Origin: the human T2T-CHM13v2.0 reference genome, Homo sapiens
Assembly (NCBI RefSeq): GCF_009914755.1
Contig: NC_060927.1
Reading direction: 5' to 3' (one strand)
DNA: 64,000 nt
The notes below the pieces were generated by a model. The model saw only the letters and a list, made by a program, of their open reading frames with translations, made no database searches and was not told the DNA's origin. The first letter of the stretch is position 1, and the number at the start of each line of letters is the position of its first letter. The translations under genes and the position numbers were made by a program. Below, in pieces: positions 13,121-25,993 of this stretch.

Positions 13121-14543
13121 CTTCTTCAACTAATCTTTTCCAAAAGGAAATTGCAATTTTAATTATAATATAGTTGATTCTTGTTGGGTTTTTGCATTAT
13201 CCCCTAGTTACACAGACTTCTCGAGTCTGGGGATGCACAGTTGCCCAAATTTCTGTACTAGTTGTTCTGCATGAAAATGAGAAGAGGAAGGAAGGAGGAG
13301 GTATGAGGCTTGGGAATGATATTCCTGTAGCCTCAGGTGTGTCTATGAGGTCACCTGGAACCCTGTTCCCGGGGCTGGTGGAAGCCATGAAGGAGCTAAG
13401 GGACCCCATGAGCAGGACTCCAGTAGTCTTATTGCATCTCCAACAGGGAAGGGGAGAGAATCCCAGATGTAAATTCAAGACTAGATGTCTGGAGATGTAT
13501 GTAGAGACTAGAACCTTCTCTGACTCACGAAAGAAGCTAGATAGTTTACTGGGCATGCTTGGAAGAATTATAAGATATTTTCCTCATCTTCTCTACGACA
13601 CTATTCCTTCCTGTCCCAGGGCCTTTGCTCATGCTGTTTCTACTGCTTACAATGTTTTTCTTTACCTTGTTTGCCCCCACCCTTGCATTTTCACCTGGCT
13701 AACCTCAGTGCCTTCTATGGCTGAGTCAGAGCTGTGTGGAGTCTTCGGTGTCAAGACACCTGGATTCACATCCTGGCTTTGCTTCTTAGGAGCTGTGTGA
13801 CCTTGAGCAGACACTAACCCATTCCATGCCTTGCTTTCCTCATAGATTAATCATATTTTCATTGTTGGGTCTGAACTTAAATATCATTTCTTCTGTTTAA
13901 GGGAAGATACCGCCACATTTGTAAAAAGAATGCTGGTTCCTGGGGCCATTCTTTTTAAATTTCTAGTTGTGCCTTGGTTGGGCTTCACTTCGATTTGGAG
14001 AGGACTTGGGTGAAACCATAATGAAATGTAGCCAGCTTTGGAATTGCATGTTACTGGTGACTTACAGTTTTCTTTTCACAGTGATTCTCTCATTGTGTCC
14101 CAAAGTTTGTTCCACTGATTATCTATCTGTTCATAGATAATTAGAGAAGAGTTCTATGATGAAACAAGATTGGGAAGGGGTGGGTTAAACAAAGTCAAGC
14201 CCATTTCTTTTCTGCAAGACTTCTCAGAGATTTTGGTATGCTAGAATATTTTGTCTATTTCCTGGGGAAGGGAGAGGGACTTTAATGTGGCCCAACCATG
14301 TTCATCATGGAACCTGTATTTTATTGAAATATACTGTGGTACTGGTGTCCTCAGAACACACCCTGGGAAATGCTGCTTTGTTTACTGAGGCTCTCCCACC
14401 ACCAAATGCTAGTGCTTCTCAGGATATAAACAAACATAAGGCTTGCGATGTGGCACCAGCATGCCGAGGGTGTTGACTGTGTCTGCGGCTCGGAATGGCA
14501 TGACTTACCATTGTGCTTTTCTTTTCCCTTTTTCCCCAAACAG

Positions 14544-14701
14544 AGAAGGAGACCTTTCTGGATCCTTTCGTCCTCCGGGACCTCCTGCCTGCATCCCTGG
14601 GCAGCTATTATCGGTACACAGGTTCCTTGACCACACCACCGTGTAGCGAAATAGTGGAGTGGATAGTCTTCCGGAGACCCGTCCCCATCTCTTACCATCA
14701 G
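14544..14701 (+). CDS. PTPRG: PTPRG exon 7 (158 nt, phase 1-0): carbonic-anhydrase-like domain, (E)[52 protein letters not shown]
   Basis: Acceptor ttttccctttttccccaaacag|, donor CAG|gtagat. Contains the alpha-CA signature Y[15 protein letters not shown]. Confidence 0.98.
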
Positions 14702-14969
14702 GTAGATATTCTTCCTCAAGTGGGGTTTCTGTGTTTACTTGTTTTGTATTGACTTAACGATCCAGCATGGCTAGAGTATACCACTAAGGAATTTGTTCTT
14801 GATCCTGTGCATATCATTGATTCCTGCAGTCTTTCCCACAAACATGTTTTTGAACCCAAGAACTGCAAGCGATAGAATGTGGTTTCTTAGCCGCAAATGA
14901 AATTAACTCACTAAAGAGAATTGCACTCATGAAATCTGAGTATTGTTTAAGTATTCAATCTTGAGGAGG

Positions 14970-15535
14970 TAATAATAGCTATCCTCAATGATGATGACCT
15001 TTTGTGCCAGAAACTCTTCTAAGCTCTTTATAAATGTTGACCCATTTCATCTTCATGAACAACACTCTTGTGAGGTAGATGCTATTTGTACCCCCATTCT
15101 ACAGTCTTATGAGGAAGGTGCTGTGCATACCCCCATTTTATAGAGGAGATCAAGCCACACAGAAGGTTATTTGCCCACAATCACACAACTGGTAACCATG
15201 CCATGGTGTCTGATTCCAAAGAGCATGCTCTGACCACTAAGCCTACCCACAGTTCAGAAAAGAAAGAGATTTGTGGACATGGAGAAATGAAATAAAACAT
15301 ACCATTGATTGAGTTCTTTCTGTGTGCTATGTACTTTACTCAGCACTTTATACATATCAACTTAATCAGTGGCAACACAAACATAGAGAGATGGGTATTC
15401 ACATAGAACATCATGGCGTGGAGAGATTGGGTAACATGCCCAAAGATTCATGGTTAATGAATGATGAAGCCAAAAACTAAGCCTGGGTTTGCCTGATTCC
15501 AAAACCCATGTTTCTGACCACTATATTGTACTGCT
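14970..15535 (-). mobile_element. Two MIR fragments
   Basis: gtgccagaaactcttctaag...ccccattttatagagg...; gggtaacatgcccaa...gcctgattccaaa. Confidence 0.65.
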
Positions 15536-16042
15536 TCCTTCTGAGTGTGGACTGAGAACACTTCATGGGAAGGCATGATTTAGGCTGGGCAGTTAACTGT
15601 GGGTAGGAACTGATGAACTGGAGATAGAATTGAGGCAGTGTCAGAGGAAGGGGAACCATCCAGGCAGTGAGAGGTCTTTAAGTCACCTCATGAGGTTTGA
15701 ATGCATGGTTGGGGATGATTCTTAGGAGGGACATGTTAGTTGTGCAAAATTCAGCATGGACTGAATTACAAAAAGTGTCAAATTTCTTCTGCATTATTCC
15801 CAAAAATAGAGCCAGGAACGATGGGTAGGATTTGTAAGAAAGTGGATTTGAGCCATTAACCAAGACTGTCCAAAACTGGAAGGTACTTAGGATGTCTTTC
15901 ATAGAAATGACCACCTCCTCCAGTCTGATTGTTCTAGTACCAGTTGACCTTCTGGGTCTTATGTCAAGTATTCCAGTAGGTGGGTCTGAATAGACATTGG
16001 CCAACCAACTACTTGGCTGGCCTTGGGTCACATGTCCATCTT

Positions 16043-16078
16043 TGAATGAGCCATCAGAGGTGAATGAGCCATCAGAGG
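16043..16078. repeat. Perfect 18-bp tandem duplication
   Basis: tgaatgagccatcagagg x2. Confidence 0.95.
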
Positions 16079-16524
16079 TGCCAGATAGCATCCTGAAACA
16101 TCCAGTGTTACCTGTCAGTGGGTAAATGGGGCAGGTTCCCTAGAAGAAGGTAGGGGCAGTAGAGACACTATCCCCCTAACCAAGTTAGGTCATGTAAGGC
16201 CAGGCTGAACAAATTTATTTGGCCTCACTGCTGTTTTGGCAATCATTTTACTTTCAGATTTTTTTTTCCTTTTAATCTGACCCTGACAATAAAGAAAGGA
16301 CTGGCGATTTGGTTTCAGAACAGGATCTGCCAGCCTTAAGGAGATAATGAAATAAGAAATGAGTTTTCTTCCTAATGGTGATGCCAACATTGTTTCATTA
16401 AAAAAAATAATAAAGTTACAGCCCAAATATTTATATAAACAGCGTTGGTGGAAGGAATTTTTTTTTCAAGATCCTTTTTTGTCAGTTAATAAATACTTTT
16501 GTCTTGAAAGATTGAAAGGTTTAC

Positions 16525-16815
16525 GGCTCAGTGGCTCATGCCTATAATTTCAGCACTTTGGGAGGGTGAAGCAGGAAGAACCCTTGAGCCCAGGAATTTG
16601 AGACCAGCCTGGGCAACATGGCAAGACCCCAATCTCTGCAAAAAAAAAATTAAAAAATTATCCAGGCGTGGTGGCACATGTCTGTTGATCCCAGCTGCTT
16701 GGGAGGCTGAGGGGGGAGGATCACTTGAGTCTAGGAGGTCAAGGCTGCAGTGAACTGTGATCATGCCACTGCGCTCCAGTGTGGATGACAGAGTGAGACT
16801 GTCTCAAAAAAAAAA
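16525..16815 (+). mobile_element. AluJ
   Basis: Dimer with J-type features (cttgagcccagg, aggtcaaggctgcagtga) and poly-A tail. Confidence 0.93.
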
Positions 16816-18459
16816 GAGAAAGATTTGAGATAATGAAGTTAAGGAATACTGATTTGGCTACTTTTCATATAGAATTCCATGTAAGGAGAGGCAGAGAGTC
16901 GTTGATTAGCTGGAGAGAAATAAGGACCATTAACATATGCTGGGTTTCATTATAGCTCCAGATTTGAAACAAAAAACAGTTTGGGGCTTGGATGTTTTGC
17001 CAAGTGTTTGTCTTTTAGAAGCATTTTGATCACCATTTTTGTAACTGGGGCTCTGAGAAAGTGCTTTTTAAATATCTCCTCACTATTCCACTCTCTGCCA
17101 CCCATACGCTCAAAGAAGAAATAATGTAAGATTTGTATTTGCCTTCCAATATATAACTTCTCTCTAGGTATTGTATTTCAGGGAAATAGAAAAGAAATCA
17201 GTCATATTTGCTTTCCAGGTTCTTTGCTACAAACCGTCTTAAGATAATACTTTAGTTTTATCAGACACTGCTTCATGTGTCCCTCTCTCTCTCCCAAGGG
17301 AGGAAAACAGCTCATATTCATGTGGCCAAACTGGATCCTTGCTGGCTGGCTTTGTGGAGGTCACAGCTGTGTCAGCCCTTGGAAAGGAAAGCATTCGCCA
17401 TCCAAGTATTATCGCTTCAGACCTTCCCACCCTGACCCTGCCAACATTCTTTCTGAAGTTAGCACAGAATGTTCATTTCAGAAAGGCGAACAGCCAATTC
17501 GGAAAAGCCAAGTAGTCAGGAATTCCATGTCTGCCTCTGACAGAAAGAAAACATTCCTAGTCTCTCGTTCTTCTACTTCTCTACAGTCTCTGTATTCTCT
17601 CTTTTCTTCCCTGTCATCCAGCATGGGTGCCTGCACTCAATGAAAATTTGAGCATATTCACCATGAAATATAACGGTTAGCACAAAGTGTTGACTTGTAT
17701 GATGTGGATTTCTTTGAAGCCTTTCAGAGTACATACAGGCAAACAGTAATCTTTCTTCTCTTGTTCCCTTTTGTGAGTCTAGTTGGGCATTCAAGTCAGC
17801 CCTGCCAGCCTGTGCACTTGTACCTCTGGCTTGTGTGATAATCTAGATTAAAATACAGCATTGCTAATGGAACCGCACATTGGTTTGGGATTCCCCACTT
17901 AGTCAGCATGGCTTATGTGGCCCCTCTAAACATCTTCTGAAAATATCAGGCCAAAATCATGTCCCCCAAACAAAATGGGTCACCCCAACAAAATGGCAGC
18001 ACTCTCGGCCCTTCTGTGGGATGTCAGAGGAGCCGGACAACACATGGAGATGGTTGCAGGCAACATATTCATGATCAGTCATAGAAGATGATTAGCTTTC
18101 AGTCCAGTTAACTAGGATTTGTTTTCTTCTAGAATAGTGCTTCTCAGATGATGGTTCTTTGCCCATAGGCAACTAACCCAACCCTTCCTTTCCAGGACTG
18201 TTTGCATCTTGTAGGTTAAAATAAGGCACTACCTATGATTTTCCCCAGCTTGAATTTTACTTAAGTGCTTGTAGGGGGTGCTATCAAAAAGGCAATAAAT
18301 AAGTCTGACTGCATCTACTTTGTTTACCTTTAGATGTGTGATTTTTTTTTTTTTTTTTTTTTTTTTCTGACAGTAAGCTGGAGTGGACAGAAAAGGTTTA
18401 ATTGCATGACCCTTTTTAACCAAAGGTATCTGTGAGAAACAGTAGAGCAGCTCTTTGAA

Positions 18460-18700
18460 ATTAAGACTGTGTGCTTTGGAGGCAAACTGCCTGGGTTCCA
18501 TTTATGGCTTTGTTCTTCGGCCAAATTACTCAAGTACTCTACTATTTGGTGCCTCGGTTTTCTCCTCTGTAACATCATGATGATAATACCCCCCTCATGG
18601 AGTCACAATAAAGATTAAATGGTGGAATATGTATAAAATGCTTAGACTAGAATATGTATAAAGTGCACATCACAGGAAGTGCTTTGGAGATATTAGGCGT
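18460..18700 (+). mobile_element. MIR SINE
   Basis: actgcctgggttc...gtgcctcggttttctcctctgtaa. Confidence 0.75.
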
Positions 18701-18759
18701 TGTTGTTGTTGTTGGTTTTGTTGTTGTTGCAGGTATTAAATGATCACCAGCCTTTAAAG

Positions 18760-18962
18760 CAGGACTGTCTGGTAGAAGTAAAATCACATCATTTAAAATG
18801 TTGTAGTAATCATGTTAAAAAATGTAAAGAGAAACAAGTGAGATTAATTTTAGTAGTATAATTTATTTAATCAAATGTATCCACAATATTATCACTGCAA
18901 ATGTAGGGCTAGCCATATTTCTAATGGAATAGCCACGTGTGGCTACTGGCTGTCACAGCTGT
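18760..18962. mobile_element. MER33/MER3-like hAT MITE (deleted)
   Basis: gaaacaagtgagattaattttagta...ctagccatatttc...atagccacgtgtggctactggct. Confidence 0.65.
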
Positions 18963-20360
18963 AAGGTTTATCTCAAGGCCACGACAACTGGTGAGTCACT
19001 TAATTCAGAACGTTTCTATTTCAACACATGACGTGCAGTGCATGTGAATGAAGGAGGTTTTTTAATGATGGGGTGAAGATGCCATATTAATCCAAGAGAG
19101 ATGGCTTTCTTTGTTAATTATGGTTAAGTCCTTTTCCTTCTATAAAGCCCTTTCTATAATCACCTTCATGCAAAACTGACTGTAGCCACAGGAGGGGCAT
19201 GGCCCTGCATTTAGCTAGCTGTTCTTAGATTTTATGTTTGCAGCTGTGGTTCAGTAAGTAAAATTTCGGATGCTCCAGGCTACTGGGAATTTAATATTCC
19301 ATTATCATTGTCTTGTTTAATAAGGAGGCAACAAACACGACCTGCCCTGTCATCCCTCAAATGTGTGGTGAAGCTAAAATAATCTCCATGACCTTAGGTG
19401 AGATTTTCCAGTTTCTAGTTAGTATCCTTGGGTTCCTTGCTGTGCTAATAATGGACCGTGGTTTTGTTTAATTGCCATTATATGCCCATCCCTTAAACTA
19501 TTGTACATATCAGCCTTTTAATGGCTCATAATTATATTACTTTTGGTATTCTCTCATTTCTCCCTTTCATCCACAGTGGTGTCCTGCCCAAGTCTTGTGG
19601 ACAGGAGCTCTCGCTACACACGAAGGGCATGAATAGATTTCAGCTTGCCTTTGATTCGAACCGACAGATTAAAAACTAATTATTCTCCGTAATACTTTTA
19701 TAATAAAAACTAAGTTGAAATGATTTATATACACTTCGAGCCAACACATTTGCAATTCAAGGTTAAAATTGTTCTTGAAACAGCACCAGTTAAACTGCAA
19801 TTACAAATCCCCAAGCAGGGATAAAAGAAAGAAATGTTTTACACATTCACTTCAAAAGTTTAAGAGTCAATTTAATATTATAGAAATAAAAACTTTCATT
19901 TATTTTTACTAAATGATAAAGACTTCATTAGTTGTATTAAAGTCAAGATAAATCCAAGTGTGTTTATTACCCTGCTGTGGCAAAGGATCAGCCAAGAAAA
20001 GTGAGGGCTTTGGGAGGTGGACGGGATTTTCTCCTTGGGCCTGCTGTCTTGTTCATGCCTCCCAGTTCTTTCTGCGTTGGGCTATTGGCAGTTTCTATTC
20101 AGAGTGCAGAAGGATGAAGATAGATAGATGTATGTTGCTGATGCAGGGTGCCCTGTGTGGAATGGCCTTGAGGTTAGCTAAAGGGAATTGTTTCAGGACT
20201 TATACTATCACTGCATCCATTTCTCCACTGCAGTGTGGCTCTTTCAGTGGATAATGCTAAGGCCTTTTATGCCTGTGGCATGAAATAGCTGAGAGCATAC
20301 AAAATAGAGTCACACAGACCTGCTATTCTAAGCCTCACTTCACCTCTTGGTTCCCGTGCC

Positions 20361-20721
20361 TGCATTAGTCCATTTTCACATTGCTATAAAGAACTACCTG
20401 AGACTGGGTAATTTATTAGAAAAGAGGTTTAATTGGCTCTGCAGGAGGCATGATTGGGAAGGCCTCAGGAAACTTACAATCATGGCGGACAGGAAGCAGG
20501 CATGCATTACATGGCTGGAGAAGGAAGAAGAGAGAGAAAGGGGAGGCGCTACACACTTTTAAACAACCAGATCTCGTGAGAATCCACTCACTGTCACGGG
20601 AACAGCAAGAGGGAAATTCCGTCCCCATGATCCAATCACCTCCCACCAGGCCCCTCCTCCAGCATTGAGGATTACAATTCCACCTGAGATTTGGGTGGGG
20701 ACACAGATCCAAACTATATCA
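20361..20721 (-). mobile_element. Solo MaLR LTR (MST/THE1 group) inserted in a MIR
   Basis: TG...CA termini, gctataaagaactacctgagactgggtaattta, ccaatcacctcccaccagg. Near-perfect 5-bp TSD gtgcc/gtgac. MIR sequence resumes at gtgaccttgggcaagttact. Confidence 0.9.
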
Positions 20722-21159
20722 GTGACCTTGGGCAAGTTACTCAATGCCTCTAAGCCCAATTTCCTTACTAGTCAATAAAACTTATACTAATACTGCTATT
20801 AATAATAATATTACCACCAGCCTCATGGGATTTCTGTGGATTAAGTGAGAGAAAGCACATACCAGTCTCAGCACAATGCCTTGCATGTAATAGGCACTCA
20901 GCAAATATTGGCTGCTAGTGTTCATGATATAATAAGAGTGTTCTGTAATGCTACTTTAATGTCATTATTTAATGTCATTACTTTAAGCTAAAAAGAAGTT
21001 GGAAACCAAAATAATGTCTGTAAAGTACTTAAAGAAGTACCTGGCATGTCATAGGTTTGATAAATATAAGGGGGATAAGGAAGGGAAGGTTGATACAGCA
21101 TTTTACAGTTGTTGTAAGCTTAGAGTACAATTGTAGTTACCACATTCCTCATGAAATAA

Positions 21160-21390
21160 TAATGACAGTAGTGATAGTACTTACTGAGCACCTGCTGTGT
21201 GCCAGGAATCATTCCAAATATTTTATATATCACAACTCTTTGAATAGTTACAAAAACCACAGGAAATAGGTAATGCTGTTACCTCCATTGTACAAATAAA
21301 GACACTGAGGCACAGAAAGATTAAATAATTTGACCAAGGTCACACATTTAGCAAGTAGGGTTTAAAAACAGGATTTTGTACCCAGGTAGC
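21160..21390 (-). mobile_element. MIR SINE
   Basis: actgagcacctgctgtgtgccagg...actgaggcacagaaag...ccaaggtcacac. Confidence 0.8.
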
Positions 21391-22059
21391 AGGGGTAAGG
21401 GTTTTGAATTTGGAGAATTAGGCATAGGCCAGATCATAAGGGCCCCACCATTAAGGATGGGAGGCTGTTAAAAAGTATTGAACGGAGACATTACGTGATC
21501 TCATATATATTTTTCAAGGATCACTGTTTAGCTATTAACCAGATCTAGAAAAGCAGAACAGATTACGGACCAAACATCGGACCGGTCAAAGACCCAGAAA
21601 GACACAACTTTGTCCGTATGGTTTGTTCTGTGGCTCCAGCCTGATTTCCATATTGCACAACTCTAGGGGACACTTTCTCATGGTGGGCTTATGGCACCTT
21701 TTGGAATCAAACAAAGTGGAGGTCCAAGGCAAGAGTCAGGGTGTGGGGACAGACTGAAGTTGCTGTGTAATGATGTATCAGTAGATTTCGTCACTGCCCA
21801 CTTGCCAAAGTGAGAAATGTAGACTCCTCTCACCAATCCAAGGCTCCTGGAGGTTTTTAACTCACTGGCCAAGCATGCCAGTTGCCAAAGAGACAGGCCA
21901 CTGGCGATTTTCATTTAAGTTAGAAAAATGACAGGGTTTTAGTGAATGCCGCCAACCCACAGAAGGACATTTGATGAGTGTGCTAAGCTCGTCCTCCTTT
22001 CCCTCTTTTGTATGACTGTCAAGCGCAACTGTGATCCAGTTGACAATATAATATCATTC

Positions 22060-22073
22060 AGGTCATCAGTTCA
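22060..22073 (+). promoter_or_regulatory. Consensus DR2 nuclear-receptor element (AGGTCA-tc-AGTTCA)
   Basis: Two perfect RGKTCA half-sites spaced by 2 nt in non-Alu sequence. Motif only, with no functional evidence. Confidence 0.35.
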
Positions 22074-22539
22074 CTCCCAGAACCATCACATCCTTTCTTC
22101 AAAATCTTGGGGCAAGTTAAGTTAATAACAAGGAAGCCACCATGCTTTTAAACCGTAGCATGTCATTAAGCTGCAATAGCAATTTAAGTGAAAGCATTTT
22201 TGTGTTAAATTCACAACCTGCCTCATTTTTACAGTTATGTGACTTGTTCTTTCCTGAGGCTTCAGAAATAAACTTTTTAGGAGAATTTAATGCTGGCTCT
22301 GAAAGAAGCAAGTATTCTAGAGAATAAACAAACTGCAGAGTCGTATTGCTGAGACAGTTTTCTGAGACAGGCCATTCTTTTCTGGCATCTCAGAGATTAA
22401 ACTATTTTGGGACAGATGGCTGTCTCTTCCAGAAAATTTCCGGTCTAATTCACGATGTATGGCAGCCCAGTCCATTTCTCTAAAAAGTCATCCTGAAAGT
22501 TAAGGAATGTCTCTCTCTATTAAACTCACGTCTCTATGG

Positions 22540-22755
22540 CTTTAATTTAAGCCAATTTCCGTTTATTTGGTCTTCTCTGGACATGGAGAAGAGCTGGTCA
22601 GCATCTTCCACATATGAGGGGCTTTATGAAATTACTCCTTACTCACCTTTTCCTCAGGCTAACCAATTCCACTTCCTTTAACCTTTCCTCACAGGATTTT
22701 TTCTCCATCTTTTTAATCATTTTGATTGGTCTTTTTCTGGGCTGTCTCCAGAGGG
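22540..22755 (-). mobile_element. CR1/L3 LINE relic
   Basis: ctcaggctaaccaattccacttcctttaacctttcctcacagg...ttaatcattttgattggtctttttctgg resembles antisense CR1 RT sequence. Confidence 0.55.
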
Positions 22756-23669
22756 TCTTTGTTAATACTTCTCATATGATTTTAAGAAGTTATTTTCTCT
22801 GAGAAATCAGAAACCTGCTCTCACATTTGATGCATTCAGTTCTGACTTTGGTAGTCCTGTCAAGTGAGTTCATATCATGAGGTGGAGGTGATTTTTCAGC
22901 ATCTTTAGTTGTCTTCATTTGAGTGGCTCACATTTGGACAAAGTAATCAGTCCAATTTTCCTAATTTTTCTGTCATGTCTTGCCTTTCCTTTGCTGTAAA
23001 TAAAGAAGGAATAGCAGAAAGAATAGGAAGGCAGGCAGATGCTACCTAGAGACACTATGAGTTTTTATGATAGTAAAGTAACTCAGAGAATTGAAGTAAC
23101 ACAAGAGTAACAGGCTGCTTTGGCTTTTAGGCTGGTTGTGAATCCGTCCTGGTTCTATGTAAAAGGCAGAAAAAATTCCATGGTTTATTATCATTTTACA
23201 TAAGCTGTGGAATTGGAGGGGAGGTAGAATGATAGGTGAATTCATATACTTCAATGATTTTTGCATGGCTAATATCACTACCTCAATTCATCGCTTTCTC
23301 ATGCAAAGAGAGGGCAGACTGTTTGGAAGCAGGTCATTTTCTGTGTCATTCTCTGAGGCTGTTTGAGAAACAGTGGGGGTTAGTTCCAGGGTTCAGGATG
23401 ACCACCTAGAATTTGCAGAAACCCAGAGAGTGATTTCCCTTTTTTATTTTCCACATTAGTATTAACTGCCTTCTGGTTCCCCGAAGCCTTGACAGTCACT
23501 CAATGCACAGAGAGCATCTTTCTAGCACCATTCGACCATTTCTCCTGCAGAAAGCACTCTTATTTGGCACCAGAGGATCCAGATGGGCCAGAAACAGTTC
23601 ATTCAGCTTTTCTCTTCATTCTATTTTCTTCTCCTATTAGTATTTTTGGTGGCTGCATATTTCAAATTA

Positions 23670-23675
<6 letters not shown>

Positions 23676-23712
<37 letters not shown>
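23676..23712. repeat. Poly-T run (about 37 nt)
   Basis: Uninterrupted T tract with no attached SINE body. Confidence 0.95.
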
Positions 23713-23713
<1 letters not shown>

Positions 23714-23726
23714 GTGACAAGAATAA

Positions 23727-24461
<735 letters not shown>

Positions 24462-24569
24462 CAAAGAATCCCTTTTGATAATAGAAATATGATTTGGGCA
24501 CCCTGATTTTTTTCCTTTACTTTCCATAAAAGTTAGATCGGCAGTCCTGTAAGAGATGTTTCTTAATAA

Positions 24570-25110
24570 TATTAATAATAATGATGATAGCTAACCTTAA
24601 TTGAGGACTTAACTGTGTGCTAAGCAATTTACATAAATTTTAATACTTCTGACAACTTTATAAGGTAAGTATTATTACGTGTTTTACAGTTGTGGATACT
24701 TGAGTTACAGAAAACTTGAACAGTTCATCTCCGATTACCCATCTGGTAAATGTTGAACTTAGGCAGTTTGACTTGCAAGTCACACATTTAGTGACTTGGC
24801 GACTTTGCCAAACTTGATCACTAGTATGTCGGAAGATGCCAAGAATTAAATCCCTAATATTTATGAAGCTCTTATGATATACTAGGAACTGTTTTAAGCA
24901 CTGTACTTGGTTTAAATATTTTGTCAGCACTTAAAATTGACAAAAATCCTTTTGGGTAAATATTGTTATGATTATCACCATTTTATTGAGGAAAAATGGT
25001 GGCTCAGGTTAAGCAGCTTGTTCAGGTCACAGAGTGGGTAGGCGATGGAGTTAGTATTCATACCCAGGCAGTCTGGCTCCGGGACATAACAGTTTGACCG
25101 TGACCCTATG
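24570..25110 (-). mobile_element. Two MIR fragments
   Basis: ttgaggacttaactgtgtgc...; caggtcacagag...catacccaggcagtctggctcc. Confidence 0.65.
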
Positions 25111-25449
25111 TTTCTTGCTAGAATGGTAAAGGCTTTTCCAGCAGGGCACTGCAGAAAGACTGGGACTCTCTCATGGGAGGCACAAACTCAGAGTGCGGTA
25201 TAGCCCTCAAATGAAGTGTTTTGCTGGTTAGTTGGCAGGACAGAAACCACAGCCAGATGAGCCTGTTGGCAGTGTTTCCAGCAGGCAGCCTCAGGTCCTG
25301 CTGGGTTTAGCAGCCCTGGCATTGGGCACTTCCTACCGTTTCATGCTCTTATCACCTTCACCTGCTTTGGACCAAATAGCTTTTCTAATTGATGTGTGTT
25401 TTTTGTGTTGTTTTTTTTTTCCCCCTCCCCTCTCTGGTCCTCTGTTCAG

Positions 25450-25642
25450 CTTGAGGCTTTTTATTCCATCTTCACCACGGAGCAGCAAGACCATGTCAAG
25501 TCGGTGGAGTATCTGAGAAATAACTTTCGACCACAGCAGCGTCTGCATGACAGGGTGGTGTCCAAGTCCGCCGTCCGTGACTCCTGGAACCACGACATGA
25601 CAGACTTCTTAGAAAACCCACTGGGGACAGAAGCCTCTAAAG
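25450..25642 (+). CDS. PTPRG: PTPRG exon 8 (193 nt, phase 0-1): end of CA-like domain, [64 protein letters not shown]
   Basis: Long pyrimidine tract ending tgttcag|, donor AAG|gtatat. Contains the alpha-CA C-terminal NFRPxQ motif and is in frame with exon 7. Confidence 0.98.
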
Positions 25643-25993
25643 GTATATTTGGCTTAAGTGCCTTGCCCAGAGGAAGATTCCTTATCATAAATTACTTTAA
25701 ATTAAAAGGAATTCAAAGCCAGCCAGGAATTGGGACTTGGTGTTAAATGCATATGTTTCTCTGCTAAAGGGAGCCTGTCTGGCTGAAAAATAGGAGCAGG
25801 TGTGGGAATATATTCTGTTAAATAGGTATGATAGAAATTGCCCTTTTGACCAATAATAGATAATTCTGTCTGCATTTCTGCCTTGTAACTTCAAAACTTA
25901 CTAGCAGTGTCTAGAGAAAGCTTTCTGAAAAGTGTCTTACTTTTTATGTGTTTCCCTGTTGATCAGGAGCTTATCTCTGAGCTCAGACATCAG

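Noticed and set aside
13174-13800. 208-aa plus-strand ORF
   Set aside because: Starts at TTG, has no recognisable domain or usable splice context, runs into L2/MIR-like sequence and sits in moderate-GC DNA where such lengths arise by chance.
25643-25746. Exon 8 read-through into intron 8 (and the similar exon 7 and exon 10 extensions) as truncated isoforms
   Set aside because: Extensions are short and I saw no nearby canonical sense-strand poly(A) signal, unlike exon 12.
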